This document shows positions 12,946 through 24,987 of a stretch of DNA of 64,000 nt, in pieces. Below the pieces are notes generated by a model. It ran no database searches, was not told the DNA's origin, and worked only from the letters and a program-made list of their open reading frames with translations. A program made the position numbers and the translations under genes. Location of the stretch: NCBI GenBank assembly GCA_001662655.1, contig KV460261.1. The stretch is one strand, 5' to 3'. Numbering within the stretch: the stretch's first letter is position 1; every line of letters starts with the position of its first letter. Source of the stretch: Pseudogymnoascus verrucosus (lineage: Eukaryota).

Positions 12946-13968
12946 ATGGATACCATCGCGAAATTTCCGAGCAAAGCAATTGCTTCTATTTTTATGCCAA
13001 CAGTGGAAGCTTTCAAGCCCCTCCTTCTGGCGAATAAATCCGAGATTCTTTCAGTTCCTTCAACAACTTACACCTATGGACAACACAAACGGCAACAATT
13101 AGACGTATACGAAGAATGTACCAATTCACCATCTTCACCCATTATCCTCTTTTTCTACGGCGGCGGGCTTAACAGAGGCGACAAAATTATGCCTCTCGTC
13201 CCATCATCGCTAGTCTATCACAATTTCGGTGCCTTCTTCGCCAAGAGGGGCTTCACCATGATAGTTGCCGATTACCGTCGAGTCACTGATGTAGCCCTGG
13301 GCACAGGCGAAGATGCCGTTTTCCCATCCGGAGGCGAAGATGTGAGAGCCGTCTTAGACTGGCTCGAATCCACGTATCTACCGTCTTGCGGTGATAAGGC
13401 CCAAAAGAAGCGCGACGTCTTTCTCATGGGCAATTCTGCAGGTGGTGTACACGTTTCTACGTATCTCTTGGATGCGCGTTTTGAGAATCGGAGATATGCG
13501 CTCCGACAATCTCAACTCTGTTCTTTACGCGGCGCTGCATTAATAAGCGTCCCTTTCGATTTTAAGGCGGCGACCCCTGACCGATCCGAGATTCTTCAGA
13601 CTTATTATCCTCCACATTTATCTGGCACGCAGCAAGAATCATCTCATGATCTGTTCTGTCCAAATGGTCTCCTGCGAGCTTTGAAGACCAGAAAGGAATC
13701 AATGGGGACGCTTGAGATTGCACGTAACGGTATGCCGGATATTTTGGTGACGTTGGGGGAATTTGATCCCGAGGATGAAATTGTCGAGACGAACGATCGA
13801 TTTTTTAGTTTATGGGATGACTGTTTTGGGAGCGGACAGGGAATAGAATTGAAGCGGATGGGAGGACACAATCATATTAGTCCGCCATTCTCGTTGATGT
13901 GTGGTGATAAAAAGGCAGAAGAATGGGCAGAAAATGTGGTTGAGTGGATGAAAAACTTGCAGAATTGA
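12946..13968 (+). CDS. alpha/beta-hydrolase (HSL/carboxylesterase-like)
   Basis: FFYGGG oxyanion motif, ADYR, GNSAGG nucleophile elbow, GEFD and GHNH; single exon, 340 aa. Confidence 0.9.
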   Translation: MDTIAKFPSKAIASIFMPTVEAFKPLLLANKSEILSVPSTTYTYGQHKRQQLDVYEECTNSPSSPIILFFYGGGLNRGDKIMPLVPSSLVYHNFGAFFAKRGFTMIVADYRRVTDVALGTGEDAVFPSGGEDVRAVLDWLESTYLPSCGDKAQKKRDVFLMGNSAGGVHVSTYLLDARFENRRYALRQSQLCSLRGAALISVPFDFKAATPDRSEILQTYYPPHLSGTQQESSHDLFCPNGLLRALKTRKESMGTLEIARNGMPDILVTLGEFDPEDEIVETNDRFFSLWDDCFGSGQGIELKRMGGHNHISPPFSLMCGDKKAEEWAENVVEWMKNLQN

Positions 13969-14159
13969 AAATGAGATGGTCGAAAATACTATAGATTAAG
14001 ATTATTATGCAATATCTTAGACTAGAGTTTTAATAAAGCATAGCAAAATTTAATCAAGTTCATGGTAAAGTGCTTTTGCATCTCCCTAGAATACTAACTT
14101 GTCACTTCTAACATTCGAGTTGCCCTCGGAACATCCTTCTTTGCCGGCCTCGGCGTCAT

Positions 14160-14200
14160 GTCCACTTCCCGTCCACGCTCAATCCGCTCAATACGTCCAC
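14160..14200. promoter_or_regulatory. Three GTCCAC sites upstream of the FAD monooxygenase
   Basis: GTCCAC at 14160, 14171, 14195; CCCCAC/CCCCGC (CreA-type) repeats follow at about 14244-14335. Confidence 0.65.
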
Positions 14201-14674
14201 TTACATAAAGGCGAAGAAGGCTAGATCATGACCTTCTTAGCACCCCACGATCTCCCCACAAACTCCCCACAAACCCCACACCCTCTACGTACTCATCTAG
14301 ACCAACCCGGGTGGTTCGGTGCTAACTTCCCCGCTCTGCGGGGTAATCTATGCATTATCCGCCGGGGGAGCTTGCTGGAGCTCGACGACGGCTGGATAAG
14401 TAAACATATGGTCAGCAGCGGATGGTGGATCGTGAGAGCATGGGAGCTTTAGGGTTTTGGATAGTACGCCAAGTATTTATGCTCGGCATTCTTGTTCGGC
14501 ATCATCACCGCGACCCCTCATATTTGTATTCATTTTGCCCTTGTTGTTTTCACTGTAGCTTTTCTCGAACTTGGGATAAGGAACACAGCACCTTACATAT
14601 TCGACAAATATATTTCAGCCTGTCTTGGACGTGAACCGGCAAGCAAGCCCAGGACCGTTGTGTAAGAATAACCC

Positions 14675-16306
14675 ATGCCTCACCTCCAAATAATCGTCGT
14701 CGGCGCCGGGCTGAGCGGCCTCAGCACAGCGATCGCATGCACAATCTCCGGCCATTCCGTTACCGTTATCGAATCGGCATCTGAACTACAAGAGGTAAGT
14801 TCCCCTCAATCCTTCAACAGATTATATCTTTCAAACCCGCTAATTGTTCCACAAGGTAGGCGCAGGACTCCAAGTAACACCAAATGCCACGCGCCTCTTG
14901 AAAAAATGGGACCTCCCCGCCTCCTTCTGGGCCACAGCCGCCGAACCAACATTCCTGGCTGTGCATAGATACTCTGATGGCAAAGTATTAGCCATGGAGA
15001 AAGATTTCAATACAAAGATTCGCGACAAGTACGGTGCATCCTTTCTCGATTTCCACCGCGTCGATCTGCAACTAGCCCTATACCAGCGCGCCCTCGCCCT
15101 CGGTGTTAAATTCGAGTTAGGCCAAAGGGTGCAATCAATCGATTTTGACCTCCCACAAGTTACCACAGCTTCCGGGGCGAAGTTCTCATCGGATCTTATT
15201 GTGGCTGCCGACGGACTGTGGTCGCAAAGTCGAAATTGCTTTCTGGATGTCAAAGACGCGCCTCTACCAACCGGTGATCTGGCATATAGAGTTGTTCTGT
15301 CATTAGACGATATTGAAGACCCTGAGCTGAGAGAATGGGTGAGCAACCCATCGGTGCATTTCTGGATTGGTCCAGGAGCTCATGCTGTTGGTTACTCGGT
15401 GCGTGCGGGGAAGATGTATAATATCGTCCTACTTGTTCCGGATGATCCTCCAGAGGGTGTTAGTCGGCAATCTGGTTCGGTGGAGGAAATGAAGGTCCTT
15501 TTCAAAGACTGGGATCCTATGTATGTCACAGATCTCTACATGCTTGATAACGCAACTGGACATCGACTAACTAACCCTTTAGCCTCACGCGATTCCTAAA
15601 CATAGTGCAAACGGTTGATAAGTGGAAATTAATGCACCGTACGTATATCAATCCTGAGCTCTGTTACTCTCTCTAACTCACTTCATAGGAAGCGAGCTAG
15701 ACTCCTGGATCAACGACAAATCAACCTTCGTCATGGTGTAAGTACCCCCCACCTCCTCCTATATCCTCATTTCTAACAGTAAAACAGCGGCGACGCATGC
15801 CACCCTATGCTCCCCTACCTCGCCCAAGGCGCCAACTCCGCCCTCGAAGACGGCGCCGTCCTCGGCCATCTCCTAGGCAAAGTTAAAACCCGTAGCCAGG
15901 TACCTCGAGCCTTGAAATTATACGAACAGTTGAGGAAAACTCGCGGCGAGGCGGTTGTGAGGGAGACGTTTAAACAGGTATTTTATTTACCCCCCTCCCC
16001 CTTCCGCGATCAAAGATGGATGTCCCTGCTTACGAGTTTTCCACTACAGCGCGAGTCTTTCCACATGCCGAATGGCCCGGACCAGGAGGCTAGAGATGAA
16101 TTATTTCTCTCGCAACTGGAGACTGGACTTACAGGGGAACCATTTCCTAGTAGATGGTAAAGCAGCTTTTTCAATTCTCTTCTAATTTTCGAACTAATTT
16201 TATCGATAGGACATGCCCTCAAGTTCAACCCTGGTTGTATAGCTACGATGCATATGAGGAAGCTGAAAAGGCATGGACCTCAGGCTCTAATGCTGAAGTA
16301 CTATAG
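14675..16306 (+). CDS. FAD-dependent aromatic monooxygenase (salicylate hydroxylase-like, group A flavoprotein), multi-exon
   Basis: VVGAGLSG, EVGAGLQ, ADGLWS, GDACHPMLPYLAQGANSALEDG; last exon TCPQVQPWLYSYDAY...TAG at 16304-16306. Confidence 0.9.
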
Positions 16307-16572
16307 TCCTTAGTAATCAGTGCCCGGCCTAGATCTAGGGAATTTACTTTCTTAATAGGAATATTTATTAGTATACAAAATATATTTACAGGCTTGTTGA
16401 ATATGTTCCAGCCTAACCACTAATATTACTCATTTGTAGATGGGCCTATAAGGACACAGGGCACCACTTATAATAAATAGGATATAGGAGTGCAAGTCAG
16501 ATAGGTTGTAGTATAATCCTATAGGTCTACTATAAAGGATATAAAAAAGATAAAGGGGGATCGCAATCATGA

Positions 16573-16830
16573 TAACGCGTTTCGTCACCGAGCGGCACAC
16601 TTTTCCCGCGTGGTCCCCTCTTCCAATTTCCACACACTATGCCTCTATAACAAACAATGGCATTCCAAACCTAAGAAGGATCATCTCAGCCATCGAAGCT
16701 ATCCGATCATCAATAAAAGTAAGCATCCGAAAAGACTATACGCTATACGAGGTACCTGAAACATCCGTCCGCCTCAAAATGAACGGCCAACCCCCTGGAG
16801 CTGAGATCCGCACCAATGGAGAGATCTATC
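16573..16830 (+). mobile_element. Degenerate 5' fragment of a second pogo/Fot1-like element
   Basis: TA then ACGCGTTTCGTCACCGAGCGGCACAC (TIR-like), followed by a psq-HTH-like peptide AIEAIRSSIKVSIRK...LYEVPETSVRLKMNG; no catalytic domain follows. Confidence 0.6.
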
Positions 16831-17470
16831 GCAAGATCTGGTTGGATCCGTGAGGCGTGATGGCTAACTCAGCTGAATTGGGTAGAGTATATATATGTTC
16901 CGGCCCAAACATATATATATCTGAAATTTAAAAAAGAACTTGAATCTCCCCACGAGAGCATAGAATTGTGACATTCTAAATAAGGAATTAAATGTATTTA
17001 ATGCTCCGTGCATACACGGCCGGTTGAGTCGAGATTCGTGCTCAGAATGATGTCAGATGCTCAGTTGGAGGTCAGTTGCAGGTCAAATGGGCACCTGACG
17101 TCACTCTGATAGAAGCCGCCATCAGGCCATATTTAACATCCTGAGCAGGGCTACTATGTAATAAGGGGAGAGTTACGCAATGGCAGTTTTTTGTAATTCT
17201 CTAAATTTTGATTAGTAGCATATGCTTTTGTTACTAGCTCATTTTCCGTTCGGGATTGTGACGCAATAATTACACCCTTTCACCATAATTTGGCACGGCG
17301 AAATGGAGCGGTGGCTAGAAGAAAAGAGAGGCGCGAGGACCTACCATGGTAGTGTAGTCGGATATTTAGCAATGGCTTACATATATTGATAGCACAGCGC
17401 CATGCTTTATCGTCCAGCTAATCTCATTCTTGCTCAGATAAAGTTTCCTCTGATAATTGCAGCCTGCAAT

Positions 17471-19559
17471 ATGTCTACTCGATCGCCCATGCCATCTTTT
17501 TTTATTTTATGCTTACTTCTCTCAATAATTAACGGTAAATCCTTTGAGATTATCTTTATAGATAAATAGTATTTAATAGTTATTACAGGAAATATTATGT
17601 TTCCGGGACGTTCGCCTATGGACGTAGTTGCTGTGGTTGACCCTGCCGCTGCTAACTTGGCCGCTTGGAAACGAGCAACTATGCAAGCACCAAACAATTA
17701 TGCTCCCGCAGCTGTCGATTGTCCCTCGACACGACCGACGATAAGACTTGCTGGATCGCTCTCAGACAACGAGACAGCTTGGTTAGAAGTTAGGCGAAAC
17801 AACACGATTTGGGCAATGCGGAACTTCCTTGGACGCGCAAACATCACAGGACTTGATACCAATGCCTACATCGACAACATTGCTCGTAACGCTAGTGAAT
17901 TACCAAACATTGGCATTGCCATCTCTGGTGGGGGTTATAGGGCCTTGATGAATGGTGCCGGCGCTCTTGCAGCGTTTGATAATCGGACTACAAACTCAAC
18001 CAATCAAGGTCAACTGGGAGGCCTTTTACAAGCTACAACATATTTAACTGGACTGTCTGGAGGTAGCTGGCTAGTTGGAAGTCTCTATGTCAATAATTTT
18101 ACGTCCGTACAAGATATCATCAATACGGGTTCCTTGTGGCAGTTCGATAATTCTATTCTTAAAGGTATTACTTCAGCTTGAGAGAACTATTTTAGGCTAA
18201 TAGATGGTCTGCAGGACCAACTACTTTAAGTACCACAGATTACTACAACACTCTTTACAATGATGTCAATAGCAAAGCCGACGCTGGGTTTAACACTACA
18301 ATCACGGATTACTGGGGACTTTCTTTGTCTTTTCAGTTGGTCAACCCTACCAATGGCGGTCCAGGTATGGAAATGATATATGGTTAAGTGCATAGCCTTA
18401 ACATGCCGCAGCTTACACCTTCTCATCTATCGCCGATGACCCAGGATTCGCAGCTGCCAATGAACCCATGCCTATCATAGTCGCTGATGAAAGAGCACCT
18501 GGCCAACTACTAATCCCCGCCAATACCACCATATACGAATTTAACCCCTGGGAAATTGGGACATTTGATCCCACGACGTTTGGATTTGCCCCTCTTCGTT
18601 ATGTGGGCTCCAATTTCAGCGGCGGTGTTCTCCCTCCCAGCGAAGCATGTGTCCGAGGCGTTGACAACGCTGGCTTTGTTATGGGGACGTCATCTTCGCT
18701 TTTCAACCAGCTCTACCTAACGGTTAATGCGACATCTGGTGTTTCAGACAGAGTTAGGAGTTCAATCAGCAATATTCTTCAAAATGTTGGTGAAAGCAAC
18801 AGTGATATCGCAGACTGGCCGAACCCGTTCTATGGTTATAATAACAAGACGAACCTGAACTCTCAGAGCAAGAGTCTGACTCTCGTGGATGGCGGCGAGG
18901 ACCTTCAGAACATTCCTCTCCATCCTCTACTTCAACCGATCCGCCACGTTGATATTATCTTTGCAGTTGACGCCTCAGCTGACACTTCTGCGAATTGGCC
19001 AAATGGCACCGCAATGGTGGCGTCGTTTCAACGGTCACTTAACACCTCGCTGGAAAATGGCACGGTATTTCCGTCTATCCCAGATCAGAACACTTTCATC
19101 AATCTAGGACTGAACACCCGTCCGACGTTCTTTGGATGCAATGCCAGCAATATGACTGGACCAAGTCCTCTCATAGTGTATCTGCCGAACCATCCATATG
19201 TATACTACTCGAATGTCTCAACCTTCGACCTGAGCTACAATAATACGGAACGCAATAATATCATCCAAAATGGCTACGATGTAGCTACGATGGGCAATGG
19301 CACTGTGGATGAACAGTGGCCTACATGCGTGGGATGTGCAATTCTATCCAGAAGCCTGAGTCGGACTGGGACCAACGTTCCTGACGTCTGTGCTCAATGC
19401 TTCAATAGGTATTGCTGGAATGGTACTGTCAACTCCACTACACCAGCTCCATATGAGCCAATCACTGTTCTCAAGGTTAGTAGTAGTGTGAGTCTCGTTA
19501 GATATATCCCCTTTACGCTTGTAGTAGTATTTAGTACATGTCTACTTTTAGTATTTTAA
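17471..19559 (+). CDS. Lysophospholipase / phospholipase B, secreted and probably GPI-anchored
   Basis: Short first exon with hydrophobic signal ([11 protein letters not shown]); SGGGYRA, GLSGGSW and VDGGED motifs; hydrophobic C-terminus; introns near 17534-17588, 18164-18213, 18363-18410. Confidence 0.93.
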
Positions 19560-22500
19560 GTCATAAGAATATAATCTATCTTAATACATGCTACCAAAGC
19601 CTGCGACCACCAGTCATGCTGCTGTGGCGCCACGTTGCGCGTCGAATACACAAGAGTGGTTAATTGATTTGGCACTTGAGGCAACATGGGGTGGGGTATA
19701 CGCTCTAATGCCGAGCTGGGAAATGTTTTGTATTTATCCCATTTCCTCACAGCAGTCATATCGTCGCTCAAAATCAGAACTCGGGGTGGGGGGGTGGAGG
19801 AGACGGCGAGGAGGGCGTATCCGTATCGCGGGGTTGTGGGGGGGAGAGGGTGGTGGTGGTGTATGGATATGATATTGGGAGGTGGGCATTTAAGAGGTTA
19901 AGAGGGGGAGGAGGTGGGGTTGAGGATTGATTCTGGGTGGGGGGGGGGAGAGGGAATCGTGGCGTCTGGGGATTCTTAGTCCCGTGCTGGTCTTGTGGTG
20001 TGGGATTTGCCTAGAGGGGGGAGGGGTGTACGTTTTCATTCATGCTATGCTAAGCTGAAGCACTTATAAGGCGGAGTGAACGGCGTAGACCCAGTTCTCA
20101 TCTATCCGGGATCGTGTCCGTAGCTATTTAATTTATATAGCTTTATATAAAAGTAGTCCGAATTTTTAAAAATAGTTCAGCTATAAAAATAAGAAATTTC
20201 GTCAATTTTGAAATGAAACTTCATAACTGTCTCTATATTTAATAATAACTGCGGAGAGGATATAATATAACCGTGCCTCTCATGTCATTAACTTCTAACA
20301 GTGATGGTTGTGCCTACAACAGCCACTGATTCCACTCTGGGCCAGGAAATAGGCCTGTCTTCCATCTCGATACAACCACCAAGATATTATACACGCATGC
20401 CAACTACAAGTCGAAATTCGCACCACCCACCCACATCCACATACCTTTAATCAAAATTTACCATATCATCCCCTTCCCCTCCATCCATCTCTAACAGCGA
20501 TCGACACACACCGCAGCACATCGGCATCCCCAAAATTTAACCTCCGCGCCAAGATGCCATCAACCAAGCTTCAAATTACCCGCCGCCTCCGCCATCCCCC
20601 GCAAACTGGCTTCAGTGATATATTATATTACTGGTATATCACTCCCGACTCTCGACGTCGTATAAGAAGTTTTCGACTTTTTGTATTAGTATATCAGTAT
20701 TCAGTATATCAGTATAGCACCACTGATTACTCACACTTGAATATCTGCTCTCTGCTCCCTCTGTGGATTAGACGTCCGATCTCTCGACAGATACAGCAGC
20801 GCAGTACAGCTCGTCGCACGTGGTTAAAATGACAGACCAACTCCCTCAAAAGCGTCGAGACATACAAAACCTCCGGAAAAACCTCGTACGCCCCCGTTCC
20901 ACCCCTCTATCCCCCTTTTCCTCTCCCCCTCCCAACCCCGCCCCCCCCCTTCCATACCATCCCAACTTTACCCCCCCAACAGAAAGAAGAAACCACCCGT
21001 CTCGCCACAGTGCACACCGCCCCAGTAGAGAACGCGCACACGCAGGTCGCAGAGATGGAGACAGATAGAGTAGTCAGTGAGGCGAGAGAGAAGGAGGAGA
21101 AGAGGAGGAAGAGGAATAGGAGGTTGAAGCCGTGGATTGATAGGATGATGGGGATTGGATGTGCTACTTAGCTGTGTTTGGGGTTGGGGGGGGAGGGGCG
21201 GGTGGGTTGGGCTTGGGGGGGTTATTTGTGGTTTGGGGAAGGGTTGAAGAAGGAGGGAGGAGGGAAGGGGGGTGTTGGGAGGAAAAGGGGGGGGGGGGGG
21301 TTGATGTTTGGGTTTCATATGCGATGGGCGGTTGAGGTTGAGAAGTCGAGGGTTGAGTTGGTAGAGAGAGGGGGGAGGAGTTATCCAAGACACAGTTATC
21401 AGACTCGGAGATGCAATATCATCAACCATCATGAGGGTGTTTGTTTCCATGCCGAACTATCCGTTTATACCATCCCAAGTACCCTTTGCGCGATTACCAC
21501 TTCATATTCTATCCAGCACCCATCATCATCATAGCCATCACCATGGCCAGACCATTCCATACCCCACGACCCCAGCACCGGCACTGAGGCATTTGCACCC
21601 CCATTCCAGTTTGCGGGGTTTTCGCCCTCCTCGGCGTGCCGTCTCTGCCGCTCTTCCATCTCTCTTGGCACCTTCTACGCGTGGGGGGCACACTACTTAC
21701 CATCACCGTCTCACTCATCGCGTCACGATACTGTTTGGTGCCTGCATACAACACTTTGCCAACGGCTACAACGGACCTGACACAGTGGCGGTGCAACGTC
21801 GCCAAGCTGTCTGGACCCGTATGTATGTATGTGTCGATCCTTCGTGGCGCGGCGTGGTGGTGGGAGTGGGGCGTCTGTGACTAGACGGTCTGGCGGCGGG
21901 AGGGGATAGCACGGGGATAAGCCGTCCTTCCTTCTACAGTGTTGAGCAGTGGATGCATGGCCGGGGTTGAGCACAGGAGTGGAGCACAATAGAAGAAGAG
22001 TGAAGCACTTCCGCGGCTTCGTGGGGGTTTTCCTCCACCCAAGAAAGTCTCTCGTCGGGCAGGATAGAACCGCATCAGTCCGCGCCAAGACGGCGAGCTG
22101 AACAGAACAGCAGTAAACGGGGTGAAAGCAGTGGGGAAAGCTCGGATGCGAGACGCGGATTGGGAGGGAGACGTTCAGCCTTGTGGTCAGTGCTATCGTT
22201 TGTGCATTGCTGGTGCGAGCTGTGGGGTGTGGTGTTGCATCGAGAGGTGCTGCGCCACGGGGACTATTGGATGTGGATCGCGGTGGTGGGTGTTGGGGGC
22301 TAAACGGACGGGGATGGGGCGATGTGATGGGTTGGATGGATGGGGGGTGGGAGTGTGGTGATGTGATGGGTTGGCGTGGATGGGTGGGGGAATTGAATGT
22401 GATGGGCTGGGTTAGGATGGATGTGAGTGAGTGGGAGTGTGATGGGACATGATGGGCAGTGATTGATTGATGCGTGCAGGGAAGTCTCCGTGCAAGGAAG

Positions 22501-24544
22501 TCTCCGTGCAGGGGTAGTGGTGCAGGGCTGTAAGACAGTGCAGGGGTATTGCTACGCCGCAGGAAGCGAGAGTCACGAGAGACGGGGAGTCAGTTTTGTG
22601 TTCGGTGAGGACGGACAGACGGGGAAGGAGAAGGAGATGGGGTACGGGAGGGTGAGGATTATGACGCGGTGATGGATACCGTGGGTGGGTGGTGCGGGAG
22701 GAAGGGGAAGGGACGGAGATAGGGACGGGGAAAGGAGGAGGGGGAGAAGACAGATCTTTACCATACAAACGTAACCCATCACCCCGGTTTCAAGGGAAGA
22801 AGAGGGTGGAAAGACGGAGAGATGTGACGTGCGTGGGTGTGTGCGTGCTTCATAAATTCCATGAAGCAGCGACGTGTGCACGTACAGTACTCACCGAACC
22901 CAATCCTTCCAACCCCGAATCCCAACGGAGAAGGAAGGAGCAGAACAAAACACGTGCCGCCTCAATAAGTGGTAGACAAGTTATGTAAGCTGTTCGTGAT
23001 CAGACGCGATAGGACAAGTCGATCCCTCACCGGTCGGTCGCCGCTATCTATCCCCCCGACCCCGACTCCCACCCCTGCCATCCGTGCATCCGTGCATGTA
23101 CTAACCCCCTAACATAGCAATCCGATTCGTTGGAGTCCATTTTAAGCTCACCGATTCCGTTTACGCTTTTCTGGATTGGGGTTGGCGAGGGGTGAGGATC
23201 GAGTACGAGGGTGTACCTTTATTGTGGGTTAAGAGAGGCTGTTGCCTGGAATCTGGTGCTGCTTGAAGGGGATGGGTGGATGCGTAATGGGGGACGCAAT
23301 GGTGGAGGGAACTGCGTATGCGTTTGTGATGGGATGGGGATGGGGATGGGGATAACGTTTGGAGTGGGATGCGGGTGGGAATGTGGTGTGCCTTACTCTT
23401 GTTTGCGTGGTGGGAATGCTTGGTTGTGGGAATGGGAGTCTTGGTGGTGAACTTTGTATGGTGGTGGTAGTGGTTTGTGGTTTGTGATTTCGTCACTCAA
23501 GTCGTGATGTTATGGGCGGCGGCTCCTTCTGTCACTCCGAGTGTCAGTGCGCGTGTCAGTACGACGACCGATACGAGAGTTGTGCAAGGACCAGCCAGCT
23601 GTGCCTGTCCCTGCGCGACTTGTTACTTTTGCATACTCGCACACGCCAAAGGGTACTTCCACCACTACTCACTCCCCACGAAACACCTCTTCTAGGCTTC
23701 ACTATTTCCCCCTTCGCTCCTCGTTCCTCGTTCCTCGCTCCAAAAATACCCAATCCATCCATAAATAAAACTCACCTCTATTTTACCCCCATCCCACATC
23801 CTGATTTAATTATCGTCGCCTAATTATCGAATTCAATTCCTGCCCATTATACAATTACCCATTTATTCCCCTCATATCCCTCATCCCTCAACCTCCAAAG
23901 TCACTTCCTCAGCCCTCACCACCTCAATCACCACAAACTGCGCCAAACACCATCGAGGGTTTCGAGGGTCTCGACTCCGTACTTAAATGCACGTCCGCCT
24001 CCACTCTTTTTCCTTTCCCGTCTCCACCTCCAACGCCCATCACCAAAAAAACACCAAAATCGTGACTCCGCGCTAAACAGGTACAAACTGTACCTCCCAC
24101 CACCCACCACCTCTCGCCGTGACGTCCCCACTCGCGTCAACACCGCCCCGCTCACCTTGCTGACTGCTGCCTAATCCACCACCACCATCCAACTTCCACC
24201 CTTCCAATCCATCCTCTCCAAACTCGAATCTCTCTCCCTCTCTCCTCTTTCGAACACCGTGTTTGCCACTCACGAAATCATCGTTAACATCCCTCACAAA
24301 CAAGGCCATCGATTCAACTGCTTTATCGTTATTTATCTCGTTCTTCGCCGCGTTGGCCGCCCATCTCACCCAATTCGCTTTGTTCTTTTCACTTCCAGCA
24401 AACTCAACACCAACAACCCCGACATCTCCGAGAGCCTCGTTTCTGCCTGCCACCACCACCCGCGATTTACATTATTTACGTGAAAACGCCTTTATCCTGC
24501 CTGCTGGCTCAGCTTGCCTGGGGTCGCGAGTCTAAAGGCTGATT

Positions 24545-24940
24545 GTAAGAGCTTCTTCTTCCTTCCCCCTGCTTGCTCCGAATCCTCCCTCGCTCTTATA
24601 TATTCCCCGGATTGTTTGCTTCAAAGCACATCCATCCATCTGCATTGACGAATGAGCGGGTCACCGAGTCGCTTCTCTTCTTCGGTGTACCACTTGGGCC
24701 GCCGGTTTTCTCTGGCCGCTTCCGAGGGTGTGACGGAGGTGACTCACTTGGCCTGGTTCATGCTTGCTTGCTTGGGTCTTCCAACATCCAGCCTGTACAT
24801 CATTCTGTACTGTACTGTTCCGGTGTAGTGGAGTTGCAGTGCAGTGCATTCGTTCCCTTCCCTCGAGTCAACACTGTTCATCAATCCATCCCATCCTCTC
24901 AGAGAACGCCTGGGCTAACTGGGTTCTCCCACCCCCACAG
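24545..24940 (+). other. Probable 5' UTR intron of the ACE1/SltA-like gene
   Basis: GTAAGA donor at 24545, GCTAAC branch near 24914, C-rich tract and CAG at 24938-24940, 48 nt before the ATG. Confidence 0.5.
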
Positions 24941-24987
24941 TCTGCTCGCCGTCAATTCATCAGACGTGTCCAATAAGATCGCCCACG

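Noticed and set aside
17471..19559. Phospholipase B as a member of the catabolic cluster
   Set aside because: I found no GTCCAC group in its promoter, it lies beyond the transposon remnant, and its function is unrelated.
19560..24500. Many short overlapping ORFs on both strands
   Set aside because: They arise from G/T- or C/A-skewed low-complexity DNA and show no protein motifs.
23200..24800. AGGCA/TGCCT (ACE1-type) sites suggesting autoregulation
   Set aside because: A 5-mer present at close to chance frequency.
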